Shown piece by piece: positions 1 to 9,026 of a stretch of 64,000 bases of DNA. Under the pieces are notes generated by a model that made no database searches, was not told the origin of the DNA, and was given only the letters and a program-made list of their open reading frames with translations. The DNA is from Vulcanimicrobiaceae bacterium. GTDB taxonomy: Bacteria > Vulcanimicrobiota > Vulcanimicrobiia > Vulcanimicrobiales > Vulcanimicrobiaceae. The DNA lies in contig JBEKLD010000004.1 in the NCBI GenBank assembly GCA_050010375.1, positions 2,187 to 66,186 of the forward strand, read 5' to 3'. The translations under genes were made by a program, and so were the position numbers. Position 1 is the first letter of the stretch. The number at the start of each line of letters is the position of its first letter.

Positions 1-657
1 TCGCGCGACCTTCGGCGTCGCCAGCAGCGCCGCGCCCTCGCCGCGCTCGGCGCCGAGCGCGCGGAAATTCGCCACGTCCCGCGCGTCGAGCGCATGCGCG
101 TCGCCACGCGCGCCGTAGCACCCCTCGCAGCCCAGTCCGCCGGCCTCGAGGTCGAGCCAGGCGCCCGCCTCGAGCGGGCCGCCACACCGCACGCAGGCAT
201 CGTCGGCCGGCGCCAGCCCGAGCGCATGCAGCAGCCGCAGTTGGAACCGCGGCACGAGCGTCGCCGGAGCCTCGCTCGCCGCTAGCGCGGCGGCGGCCGC
301 GCCGACCAGCGCGTAGATCTCCGGCAAGGGCAGCTCCGGCTCGCAGAACAGGTCGACCGTCTCGGCGAACAGCGAGGCCGTCGCGAACGCTGCGGGCCGC
401 ACCAGCCCCGCCCAGTGGCTGCGGATCGTGCGCACCTCGACGATGACGTCGAGCGAGCGGCCCTTGTGCAGCGCGACGCGCGCCTCGGCCAGCAGCTCGA
501 GCCGGCCGCCGATCGCGCTGCGCGGCCGGCGCGCGCCCTTGGCGACCGCGTCGACCTTCCCGCGCTCGCGGGTGAGCAACGTGTAGACGCGACCGGCCTC
601 GCCGAGCGGTCGCGCCCGCAGCACGATCGCGTCGGTGACGGAGCTGCGCGCGGTCAG
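1..657 (-). CDS. recO: DNA repair protein RecO (3' end runs off the window; probable CTG start)
   Basis: Not in the ORF track. Manual translation gives LTARSSVTDAIVLRARPLGEAGRVYTLLTRERGKVDAVAKGARRP (RecO OB-fold) and a later CVRC...CEGC zinc finger. Lies directly after cdd. Confidence 0.85.
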   Translation of the reverse strand, partial: MTARSSVTDAIVLRARPLGEAGRVYTLLTRERGKVDAVAKGARRPRSAIGGRLELLAEARVALHKGRSLDVIVEVRTIRSHWAGLVRPAAFATASLFAETVDLFCEPELPLPEIYALVGAAAAALAASEAPATLVPRFQLRLLHALGLAPADDACVRCGGPLEAGAWLDLEAGGLGCEGCYGARGDAHALDARDVANFRALGAERGEGAALLATPKVAR

Positions 658-1058
658 CGCCGGGCCTCGTCCAGCTGCGCGGGGCCGAATGCCGCCGGCA
701 GCAGCGCGTCGACCGAGGTCGTGGCCAGCGTCCCGCCGTCGTCGTAGTAGACTGCCATCCGCGGCCCGAACTCCGAGAGTACTTGCCGGCAGGCGCCGCA
801 CGGCAGCGTCGTGACGCCGGGCGGGCCGGCGACGGCGACCGCGGCGAAGCGGCGCACGCCGTTGCTGGCGGCGTGGAACACCGCGGCGCGCTCGGCGCAC
901 ATCGTCAGGCCGTACGACGCGTTCTCGATGTTCGCTCCGGTCCACACCCGGCCGTCCTCGTCGAGCAGCGCCGCGCCGACCGCGAAGTGCGAGTACGGCG
1001 AATAACTGCCGTCGCGCGCGGCGACGGCAGCGGCCAGCAGGGCCGGCGGATCAGTCAC
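654..1058 (-). CDS. cdd: Cytidine deaminase
   Basis: YSPYSHFAVGAALL, GANIENASYGLTMCAER and PCGACRQ zinc motifs. Confidence 0.93.
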   Translation of the reverse strand: MTDPPALLAAAVAARDGSYSPYSHFAVGAALLDEDGRVWTGANIENASYGLTMCAERAAVFHAASNGVRRFAAVAVAGPPGVTTLPCGACRQVLSEFGPRMAVYYDDGGTLATTSVDALLPAAFGPAQLDEARR

Positions 1059-2349
1059 GGGCGTTGGCGTGTTCGACCTCGGGGAGACCCTTCGACAGGG
1101 GCGTCAGCACCCGCACGCTCAGGATGCGGCGACCGCGCGTGCGGTCGACCCGCAGCCGCACGCCGTCGACCGTCTCGATCTCCTCGCCCTCACGGGGCAG
1201 GCGACCGAACAGGCCGACCGTGTAGCCCCCGATCGTCTCGAACTCCTCGTGCGGCAACGCGATGCCCAGCGCGGCGTTGACGTCCTCGATGTTCGTCCCG
1301 GCCTCGACCGCCGTCTCGCCGGGCGCGATCGCGCGGATCGGCTCTTCTTCGCCCTCGTCGTGCTCGTCGCGGATCTCACCGACGATCTCCTCGAGCAGAT
1401 CTTCCATCGTCACGACGCCGGCCGTGCCACCGTACTCGTCGAGCACGATCGCCAGCGAGAACTTCCCGCGCTGCATCTCCCGCAGCAAATCGGAGAGGCG
1501 CTTGTTCTCCGGCACGTGGACGACCGGGCGCATCAGCGCACGCAGATTCGACGTCGCGATCGTTCCGTTGGCCAGCGAGATCAGCAGCTCGCGGTCGTGC
1601 ACGACGCCGACCACGTTGTCGATCGTCTCCTCGTACACGGGCAGCTTGGAGTAGCCCTCGGCGATCACCAAGTCGAGCGCGCGGCGCGGCGAGCTGGTGA
1701 TCGAGACCGTCACCATGTCGGTGCGCGGCGTCATCACCTCGCGCACGATCGTGTCGCCGAACTCGATCACCGAGTGGATCAGCTCGCGCTCTTCTTCTTC
1801 GAGGACGTTCTGTTCGACGCCGACGTTGACCAAGGTCTTGATGTCGTCCTCGGTGACGTACGGGCCGACGTGCGGCTTGCCACCGAACAGACGGACCAGG
1901 CCGTCCGTGATCCAGAGGAAGGTCGCCGTCAGCGGCGTGAGCGCGCGCGTGATGAACCCCAGCAGCGGCGCCAAGCGCAGCGCGGTCCGGTCGCCGGCGC
2001 CGACCGCGATGGTCTTGGGGAGGATCTCGCCCAGCACCAGGATCACGACGGTCATCACGACCGTCGACCAGATCGCTGCGTGCGGGATGCCTGCGGCGAT
2101 GAACAGGGCAGTCGCCAGCGAATCGGCGGCCAGCAACACGAAGGTACTGCCGATCAGCACCGTGGTCAGGGTGCGATTCCGGTTCTCGACCAGCCGCTCG
2201 AGGCGCTTCGCGCCGGTCACACCTCGTTCGGCCAGGGCTCGCGCCCGAATGCGGCTGGTCGAGACGATCGCAGCCTCGGAGGCGGCGAAGAACGCAGCTG
2301 CGCCAACCAGCAGAACCAGGGCGAGCAGGGCGGGCCAGAGCGGCGTCAT
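1051..2349 (-). CDS. Hemolysin/CNNM (HlyC/CorC) family transporter-associated protein
   Basis: N-terminal TM region (FFAASEAA, LGEILPKT), CBS pair (VREVMTPRTDM, GYSKLPVY, LDEYGGTAGVVTMEDLLEEIVGEI) and CorC_HlyC tail. Confidence 0.9.
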   Translation of the reverse strand: MTPLWPALLALVLLVGAAAFFAASEAAIVSTSRIRARALAERGVTGAKRLERLVENRNRTLTTVLIGSTFVLLAADSLATALFIAAGIPHAAIWSTVVMTVVILVLGEILPKTIAVGAGDRTALRLAPLLGFITRALTPLTATFLWITDGLVRLFGGKPHVGPYVTEDDIKTLVNVGVEQNVLEEEERELIHSVIEFGDTIVREVMTPRTDMVTVSITSSPRRALDLVIAEGYSKLPVYEETIDNVVGVVHDRELLISLANGTIATSNLRALMRPVVHVPENKRLSDLLREMQRGKFSLAIVLDEYGGTAGVVTMEDLLEEIVGEIRDEHDEGEEEPIRAIAPGETAVEAGTNIEDVNAALGIALPHEEFETIGGYTVGLFGRLPREGEEIETVDGVRLRVDRTRGRRILSVRVLTPLSKGLPEVEHANARD

Positions 2350-2408
2350 CGGGGGCTCAGGCCGCTGCGATGGCTCGCAGGGGGAGGGTCGTTACTCAAG
2401 CGGGGCCC

Positions 2409-2417
2409 ATTATATCA
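2409..2417 (-). promoter_or_regulatory. Extended -10 promoter element TG-A-TATAAT for hlyC-cdd-recO
   Basis: Perfect consensus in an AT-rich patch of the intergenic gap, 60 nt upstream of the hlyC ATG. Confidence 0.55.
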
Positions 2418-2432
2418 CAGGGTCGGCGGGGT

Positions 2433-2777
2433 TCACGGGCGACCGATCGCCCATGCGCCGACCAGCAGACCGGCCGCCACGGCAGCCAGGGCGGCGACCA
2501 AGACAGCCGCCGCCGCACAGTCCTTCGCCAACTTGGCCAACCGATGCTGCTCCGGCGAGACCAGGTCCACGACCGCTTCGAGCGCCGTGTTGAGCAACTC
2601 CGCCACCAGGACGAGCCCCATCGCCAGCGCGACGACGGCCCAGCCGACCAGCGGCAGGTGCACCAGGATGCCGCCGACCACCACCAGCGCTGCGACCGCG
2701 GCGTGGATCCGCATGTTGCGCTCGTCGCGCCAGGCTGCGGCCAGCCCCGCGAGCGCGTAGCCGAAGGCGGCGGCCAG
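2433..2777 (-). CDS. dgkA: Diacylglycerol/undecaprenol kinase family (start uncertain)
   Basis: FGYALAGL..W..ERNMRIH, ELLNTALEAVVDLVSPEQHRLAKLAKDCAAAAVL. No ATG near the homologous start, so CTG at 2777 was chosen. Confidence 0.8.
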   Translation of the reverse strand: MAAAFGYALAGLAAAWRDERNMRIHAAVAALVVVGGILVHLPLVGWAVVALAMGLVLVAELLNTALEAVVDLVSPEQHRLAKLAKDCAAAAVLVAALAAVAAGLLVGAWAIGRP

Positions 2778-2790
2778 CCCGTGGTCCCGA

Positions 2791-4251
2791 TCATCCGAGG
2801 TCGGCGAGGGTGAGATCGCGAGTCCCCTTCCAGTGCGCGCGATAGGCCGCACGCGCCGCTGCGTCGTCCTTCCCTTGTGCCGCCTGCGCTTCCGCCAAAC
2901 CCCACTCGAGGTGCGGGTCGTTCGGGAAGCGCACCAGCTCGGCGGCGAAGACCGTCTCGGCGGCGGCCGGTTGGCCGGCGGCGAGCAACGCCGCGCCGTA
3001 GCCTTCGCCGATCGGCGTCGCCCAATGGTCCTTCGGGTCGCCCGGCGCGTTGTTCTTCGTAAGCGCGTACGCCTTCGCATATGCCGCGACGCGCGCCGGT
3101 TGGTCACCCGCGTGCTGCGCGAGCGCGGCGTCGACCAACGCGATCCCGGCGGCATCGGGGATCAGCTCCCGCTGCTCGCGCTTCGCCGTCTTCGAGTCGC
3201 CGGTACGCGCCGCGGCGATGCCGCAGGCGAGGTTGCCGCCGATCGGGGCCAGGCGCAGCACGGTGGCGTCGTCGTGCAGCCGCAGCGCCAGCTTCGCCTG
3301 CATCGCCCAGCTTTCGGTCGCGGCGAAGGTGCGGGCGTCGTCGTTGCGGCCGATCGTCGTCAGCCCGTACAGCACGAAGTCGACGTCGTGGTCGTGATAC
3401 GTCATCATGTACTGCTGGCCCGGCCCGTCCCCTTGCGCGAACCAGGCTCGGTCGTTGGCGACCGCGCCTTCGTTGCCGTCGATCAGCGCGGCATAATCCC
3501 CGATGCGCGTCCAGATGTGCCCCGGCATGTGGATCAGATGCGATGCGCCCAGCGGGTATGTGTACGACGCCAAGGCGAGCGCGTTCGGCACCGCGTCCGC
3601 CGCGCGCCCGAGCCGCTCGAGCAGGTGGATCCGCAGGTGGTGCGCGCCCAGGTTCGTCGGCTCGAGCCGCAGCGCGTCGTCGAGGTCGGCCAGGATCTCT
3701 TGCGCCTTCGCGGTCGGTGCATCGTGCGCGTCGACCAGCGCGTCTTGCGCGTTCCAGATCGCGTACGCGGCGACGGTGAGAACGTTCGGGTCGTCGCGGT
3801 GATCGTGCGTCCACGCGCTCAGTGCGTCGGCGTAGCGCGCGAAGCGCTGCTGCTTGGTCCCGCGACCGTAGCGCAGCGCGATCGCGTCGACCAGCATCCG
3901 CTCCGTCGGGCTAGCATCGGCGAGGTGGCGGCGCGCCGCCGCGACGGCCGACCCGCCGCGCGCGTCGCCTTCGTCGGTCTGCGGGACGTTGATGTCGATC
4001 GTCTCCGCCTCGGCTTCGCCCCAATACGCGAGCGCGAGCTGCGGGTCGCGCGCCAACGCCGCGCCGAACTCGACGCGCGCTTCGCCGACGTCGAAGGCGT
4101 AGAGCATCAGCAGGCCGCGGTCGAGCAGCGCCTGGGCTACCGGGTCGGCGCCCGCGACGGCCCAGTGCGCCTGCGCCGGCAACGAGGTCGGCTCCGGCGC
4201 GGCGGCGCCGAGCAGCGCGACGGCCAGCAGCGCCGCCGGCGGGCGGATCAT
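2791..4251 (-). CDS. Secreted TPR-like alpha-helical protein with His-rich motifs
   Basis: Signal-peptide-like N-terminus, ATGA overlap with the ybeY stop, TPR-like helices, HHLRIH / HLIHMPGHI / YHDHD motifs. Confidence 0.72.
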   Translation of the reverse strand: MIRPPAALLAVALLGAAAPEPTSLPAQAHWAVAGADPVAQALLDRGLLMLYAFDVGEARVEFGAALARDPQLALAYWGEAEAETIDINVPQTDEGDARGGSAVAAARRHLADASPTERMLVDAIALRYGRGTKQQRFARYADALSAWTHDHRDDPNVLTVAAYAIWNAQDALVDAHDAPTAKAQEILADLDDALRLEPTNLGAHHLRIHLLERLGRAADAVPNALALASYTYPLGASHLIHMPGHIWTRIGDYAALIDGNEGAVANDRAWFAQGDGPGQQYMMTYHDHDVDFVLYGLTTIGRNDDARTFAATESWAMQAKLALRLHDDATVLRLAPIGGNLACGIAAARTGDSKTAKREQRELIPDAAGIALVDAALAQHAGDQPARVAAYAKAYALTKNNAPGDPKDHWATPIGEGYGAALLAAGQPAAAETVFAAELVRFPNDPHLEWGLAEAQAAQGKDDAAARAAYRAHWKGTRDLTLADLG

Positions 4252-4745
4252 CGCGCGAGCGTGTCGAGATACGGCCACGGCATCCCGATCGCCGCGGCCA
4301 GCCGCCGCTCCTCGGCCTCCATCACGGCGCGCTCGCCGGCCGCCAGATGGTCGTGACCGGCCAGGTGCAGCACCGCGTGGATCAACAGGCGCTCGATCTC
4401 GCGCGCCAGCGGTGCGTCGTAGTCGGCCGCCTGCCGCGCCGCGGTGTCGACGCTGACGACGACGTCGCCGAGCATCCGTTCCGCGCCGTCAGCACGGTCC
4501 CGCGGCTGGGTCGCGCCGCGGCGGTCGAACGCCTCGGGCGGATGGAGCGGAAAGCTCAGCACGTCGGTCGGAGCGTCTTTCCCGCGATGCTCGCGATTGA
4601 GCGCGCGCATCGCGGGATCGCGCACGAAGGTCAACGAGACGCTCGAACCGCGCTCGCCGATCGCCTCGAGCAATCGTTCGAGGACGCGCGCCGCGGCGGG
4701 CGCGTCGAGGCCGCTCCCACGGGTCTGGTTGTCGAGATAGATCAC
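4248..4745 (-). CDS. ybeY: rRNA maturation endoribonuclease YbeY
   Basis: LNREHRGKDAPTDVLSF, LGDVVVS, HAVLHLAGHDH (H3xH5xH). Confidence 0.93.
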   Translation of the reverse strand: MIYLDNQTRGSGLDAPAAARVLERLLEAIGERGSSVSLTFVRDPAMRALNREHRGKDAPTDVLSFPLHPPEAFDRRGATQPRDRADGAERMLGDVVVSVDTAARQAADYDAPLAREIERLLIHAVLHLAGHDHLAAGERAVMEAEERRLAAAIGMPWPYLDTLAR

Positions 4746-5713
4746 TCGCCGCGTTCGCGCGAGAGGCGGGCGTAGGCTTCGACGATCCGCCCGACCAGCG
4801 GATGGCGCACGACGTCGCTTGCGTCGAGCCGCACGATGCCGATGTCGTCCATCCCGCCGAACAGTCGCTCGGCCTCCAGCAAACCGCTGCGCGAACCCCG
4901 CGGCAGATCGATCTGCGTGTCGTCGCCGTTGACGACCATCTTCGCATTGGGGCCGAGGCGCGTCAGGAACATCTTGAGCTGTTCGGGGGTCGCGTTTTGC
5001 GCCTCGTCGAGGATCACGAACGCGTCCCCCAGCGTGCGCCCGCGCATGTATGCCAGCGGTGCGACCTCGATCGTGCCGCGCTCGAGGTACTTCTGCGTCG
5101 TCGTTTCGTCGAGCAGCTCTTGCAGCGCATCGTAGAGCGGGCGCAGATACGGGTCGACCTTCTCGCGCAGATCGCCGGGCAGGAAGCCGAGCTTCTCGCC
5201 CGCTTCAACGGCCGGACGGCTGAGCACGATGCGCGCGACCTCTCGGTTGCGCAGCGCGCGCACGGCCATCACGATCGCCAGGAACGTCTTGCCCGTCCCG
5301 GCCGGACCGATCGCGAAGGTCAGCGTGTTGGCTTCGATCGCGCCGGCCAGCGCGCGCTGGCCGGCGGTCTTCGGCCGGATCTCGCGCCCGCGCGCGGTCG
5401 TGACGAGCGTCGGTGGGATCGCACCGTCGCCGGGGCGTGAAGGCGCGTCGGCCGCCCGCACGGCCAGCGTGACGTCGTCGGGTGTGACCTGCGCGCCCGC
5501 GCGCGCCGCCGCCAGCATCGCAGCCAACACGCCCTCGGCGCGGCGAACCGCGGAGCGCTCGCCGCTGAGGTGGACGCGGTCGCCGTCGAGGCGCAGGACG
5601 ACCGGGACGAGCGCTTCGAGCGCGTTCAGGTTCTGGTCGCGGAAACCGCAGAAGCGGATCGGATCGGAGAGCCCGCCGAGGTCGAACGTCGCCTCGCTGG
5701 TGATCGACGGCAT
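4742..5713 (-). CDS. phoH: PhoH family ATPase
   Basis: GPAGTGKT, RPAVEAGEKLGFLPGDL, PLAYMRGRTL, ILDEAQN. Confidence 0.93.
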   Translation of the reverse strand: MPSITSEATFDLGGLSDPIRFCGFRDQNLNALEALVPVVLRLDGDRVHLSGERSAVRRAEGVLAAMLAAARAGAQVTPDDVTLAVRAADAPSRPGDGAIPPTLVTTARGREIRPKTAGQRALAGAIEANTLTFAIGPAGTGKTFLAIVMAVRALRNREVARIVLSRPAVEAGEKLGFLPGDLREKVDPYLRPLYDALQELLDETTTQKYLERGTIEVAPLAYMRGRTLGDAFVILDEAQNATPEQLKMFLTRLGPNAKMVVNGDDTQIDLPRGSRSGLLEAERLFGGMDDIGIVRLDASDVVRHPLVGRIVEAYARLSRERGE

Positions 5714-5748
5714 CTACCGCCTCCAACGCGGGCGGCGCCGCGAAAGTG

Positions 5749-6171
5749 TCACCGCAGCGCGAGCGGCGGCCCCAGCACCTCGGCCAGGATCACGGCCGTG
5801 CGAACCCGGCTGGGGTCGCGCAGCGCGGCGGCCAAGGGGCTCGGCGGTCGCGCCGGCGGCGCCGGCAGAGGAGGCGGCGGCGGCACACGCGGCGGCGCCG
5901 GCGCCGCCCGTTGCGGTGCCGTCGGCGGGGGGTAGGCGGGCCGCGCCGCAGTGACGGTGGGCGGCCCGCCGGCCGACCTGGCCGCCGTCGCGACAGGGGC
6001 CTGCGCGTTCGCTTGGATGGAGGCAAACGACGTCCCAGCGGTCATTGCCGCTGTCCCGGGAGGCGGGGCGAACCTCTTGCGCATCCACCGCACGGCGGCG
6101 ACCGCACCCGCGATGATGGGGATCACCGTCGGCCAGTTTTCGGAGAGCAGCCTCCACTCCCGATCGTTCAT
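5749..6171 (-). CDS. YqfB-like Pro-rich membrane-anchored protein
   Basis: Directly after floA with ATGA overlap; one TM segment; C-terminal [15 protein letters not shown] motif typical of floA-downstream genes. Confidence 0.6.
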   Translation of the reverse strand: MNDREWRLLSENWPTVIPIIAGAVAAVRWMRKRFAPPPGTAAMTAGTSFASIQANAQAPVATAARSAGGPPTVTAARPAYPPPTAPQRAAPAPPRVPPPPPLPAPPARPPSPLAAALRDPSRVRTAVILAEVLGPPLALR

Positions 6172-7181
6172 GAGGCGACCGGCGGCCCACCCGGCGGAGG
6201 CGGCGGCTGCTCGCCGCCGCTCAGGCTCTGGCCGATCGAACCGCGCATCTCCGCGTCGGCCTTGACGTTGTTGATCTTGTAATAGTCCATCACGCCCAGG
6301 TGTCCGGAGCGGAACGCCTCGGCGATCGCTTCAGGGATCTGCGCCTCGGCCTCGACGACCTTGGCACGCATCCGCTGCGTCTCGGCCTTCTGCTCTTGCT
6401 CGGCCGCCTGTGCGGCGTATTGCCGCTCTGCTGCTTTGGCTTGGGCGATGCGCCGGTCGGCTTCGGCTTGAGAGGTCTGCAGGTCGGCGCCGATGTTCTT
6501 CCCGACATCGACGTCGGCGATGTCGATCGAGACGATCTCGAACGCCGTCCCCGCATCGAGCCCTTTCGAGAGGACTGCCTTCGAGATGCGGTCGGGATAC
6601 TCGAGGACTTCCTTGTGGTCGATGGCCGCGCCGACCGCGCTGACGACGCCTTCGCCGACGCGCGCGACGATCGTCGGCTCGCCGGCGCCGCCGACGTAGC
6701 GGTCGAGGTTGGAGCGCACCGTGATCCGCGCCTTGACGTTGAGCTGGATCCCGTTCTGCGCGACGCCTTGGAAGATCGGCGTCTCGATCACCTTCGGGAC
6801 GACCGACGTCTGGAGCGCCTCGAGGACGTCGCGCCCGGCCAAGTCGATCGCCGCGGCGCGCTGCCACTCGAGCGGGATCTGCGCGCGCTGCGCGGCGATC
6901 ATCGCCAGCGTACACTTCTCGATGTTGCCGCCGGCCAGGACGTGCGACTGCAACTGATCGAGCGTCAGCCCGAGGCCGGCCTTGCGCGCCCGGACCAGGT
7001 TGGCGACGATCAAGCCGGCCGGCACGCCGATGATCCGCATCCGGATCAGCGACCCGATCGAGAGCGGCACCCCGGCCGCGATCGTCCGCACCCAGAGCCC
7101 GAGCGGAAAGTAATACAGGAACAAGACGATCCCGAAGACGATCGCGACGATCACGACCACCGAGAACACTCCGACGACCAC
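6168..7181 (-). CDS. floA: Flotillin-like protein FloA (YqfA)
   Basis: [65 protein letters not shown]; AAGGAG SD. Confidence 0.93.
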   Translation of the reverse strand: MVVGVFSVVVIVAIVFGIVLFLYYFPLGLWVRTIAAGVPLSIGSLIRMRIIGVPAGLIVANLVRARKAGLGLTLDQLQSHVLAGGNIEKCTLAMIAAQRAQIPLEWQRAAAIDLAGRDVLEALQTSVVPKVIETPIFQGVAQNGIQLNVKARITVRSNLDRYVGGAGEPTIVARVGEGVVSAVGAAIDHKEVLEYPDRISKAVLSKGLDAGTAFEIVSIDIADVDVGKNIGADLQTSQAEADRRIAQAKAAERQYAAQAAEQEQKAETQRMRAKVVEAEAQIPEAIAEAFRSGHLGVMDYYKINNVKADAEMRGSIGQSLSGGEQPPPPPGGPPVAS

Positions 7182-7196
7182 GAACGGCTCCTTCTC

Positions 7197-8495
7197 TCAG
7201 CTCACTCTGCGGACGAAGATGCGGGCACCTTCGACTCGGGTCACGCGCACGGGGGTGCCGGCGGGGACGAAATCGCCATCGGTCAGGACGTCGACCCGCG
7301 ACTCGCCGAAGGTGGCGACGCCGGCCGGGCGCAGGAACGAGGCGGCGACGCCGGTCGCACCGAGCAGCGCGCGGTGATCGGTGCTGGCGACGTAGTCGGG
7401 GCCCTGCGAATCGAGGAACGTCAACCGCTTGACGAAGGCGTTCTCCGGGAGCACGCGCTGCAACAGCACGAACGAGCCGACGCTGAGCACGACCGCGACC
7501 GCCAGCGCTTGCAACGCGCCGAAGAAGAACGGAATCCCGAAAGCGAGCAGGACCGCGGCGACCAGCGCGATCACGCCGAGCGATCCGGCGATCCCGTGTC
7601 CGGGTAAGACGTGCAGTTCGACCAGGATCAGCAGGATCCCGACCAGCGCCAAGCCCACCACCAACCCGTTCGAGAAGCCGGCGTAGACGTGCGTTCCGAA
7701 GAACAGCGCGAGCGCGCCGACGCCGATCGCGCCGGCGACCAGGTGCAGCGTCTGCAGCTCGATGAGCAGCCCCAAAAATCCGATCGCGAGCAAGATCCCG
7801 CTCACGTCGGGATTGGTCGCGAACCGCGCGACCTGCTCGGCGAACGTGTACGACGCGCGCGCCTGCGGGAGGCCGCCCACGCCGAAACGCGTCAGCGCGG
7901 AGGCGAACGTCGGCTCGGTGGCCTCGGAGTACCCCGTGCCGCGCGCCTCGTCGGCGGTCAGCGTCAGGATCGTGCCGGGCTCCTTGTAGGTGGGTTCGGC
8001 GACGTCGGCGTCGACCATCGCCGCGGCCAGCCGCGGGTCGCGGTGCCAGCGCGCTGCGGTCGACTCGAACTCGGCGCGCAGCGCCGAGACCGTCTTGACC
8101 GTTTTGGGGATCGGCTGCGCGGCGCCGATCGAGGCGCCCGGCGCCATGGCGATGCGCTGGGCCGAGAGGGTGATCAGCGCGCCGGCCGACCAGGCGCGGC
8201 GCACGTAGGCGTCGACCGGCACCGGGCTCCCGAGCAGCGAGTCGCGGATCTCGGTCGCCGCCGAGACCAGCCCGCCGAAGGTGTTGACGTCGAGCACGAT
8301 CGCGCGCGCGCCCGATCCCTGGGCCTCGGCGACCGCCCGCTCCACCAGGTGCGCCATCCCCTCGTCGATCTCGCCCTCGACCGGGATCACGACGACCTCG
8401 GCGCGCGGGGCGGCAAACGCCGGCGCCCACGCGCCCGCGGCGCCGACGAGCAAGCAGAGCGAGGCGACGAGCCGCCGGAGGATCACGCCGGTCAC
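7197..8495 (-). CDS. nfeD: Long-form NfeD protein (ClpP-like protease domain + TM + OB fold)
   Basis: NTFGGLV, AWSAGALI, LLIELQT, LRPAGVA..G..VDV.T.G.F; adjacent to floA. Confidence 0.88.
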   Translation of the reverse strand: MTGVILRRLVASLCLLVGAAGAWAPAFAAPRAEVVVIPVEGEIDEGMAHLVERAVAEAQGSGARAIVLDVNTFGGLVSAATEIRDSLLGSPVPVDAYVRRAWSAGALITLSAQRIAMAPGASIGAAQPIPKTVKTVSALRAEFESTAARWHRDPRLAAAMVDADVAEPTYKEPGTILTLTADEARGTGYSEATEPTFASALTRFGVGGLPQARASYTFAEQVARFATNPDVSGILLAIGFLGLLIELQTLHLVAGAIGVGALALFFGTHVYAGFSNGLVVGLALVGILLILVELHVLPGHGIAGSLGVIALVAAVLLAFGIPFFFGALQALAVAVVLSVGSFVLLQRVLPENAFVKRLTFLDSQGPDYVASTDHRALLGATGVAASFLRPAGVATFGESRVDVLTDGDFVPAGTPVRVTRVEGARIFVRRVS

Positions 8496-8517
8496 TACCC
8501 TGGGCCCCTCGCCCGAG

Positions 8518-8964
8518 TTACGCCGATGCCAGCTCCTCCCCGGCGATCCGGCGCACGGCGTTGCCGTCGGCGACGCCCTTGAGCTGCGGCATGACGAGCT
8601 TCATCAAGGCGCCCTGGTTGCGGCCGTCGGCGGGGAGGCTCGCGAGGGCGGCCCGCACGACCGCCCGGATCTCGTCGTCGGACTTCTGGGCCGGCAGATA
8701 GTGCGTGAGGATCTCGCGTTCGCGCGTCTCCTTCGCGACCAGCTCCGCGCGACCGGCCTTCGCGAACTGCTCGATCGAATCGGTGCGCTGCTTCACGAGC
8801 CGCTGCACGACGCCGAGCTGCTCTTCCTCGGAGAGGTCGGCACCGGCCTCGATCCGACGGTAGTTGAAGGCCGAGATGACGCTGCGCAGGGTATCCAGCC
8901 GCACCTGATCGCGCGCCCGCATCGCGTCTTTCAGGTCCGCCGTGATCTGGTCTTTGATTGCCAC
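8518..8964 (-). CDS. yqeY: GatB/YqeY domain protein
   Basis: DLKDAMRARD..RL..LR, KQRTDSIEQF.KAGR.EL..KE..E..IL..YLP; GTG at 8964 matches the family N-terminus. Confidence 0.9.
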   Translation of the reverse strand: MAIKDQITADLKDAMRARDQVRLDTLRSVISAFNYRRIEAGADLSEEEQLGVVQRLVKQRTDSIEQFAKAGRAELVAKETREREILTHYLPAQKSDDEIRAVVRAALASLPADGRNQGALMKLVMPQLKGVADGNAVRRIAGEELASA

Positions 8965-8973
8965 GCCCAAAGG

Positions 8974-9009
8974 CTACGGGCCCCGGTACGTCCGCACCTG
9001 GGCCCGTAG
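8974..9009 (-). terminator. Stem-loop after the TBDR gene (10-bp inverted repeat)
   Basis: CTACGGGCCC at 8974-8983 and GGGCCCGTAG at 9000-9009, followed on the minus strand by CCTTT. Confidence 0.42.
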
Positions 9010-9026
9010 TCTGGCAGGCAGCCGCC

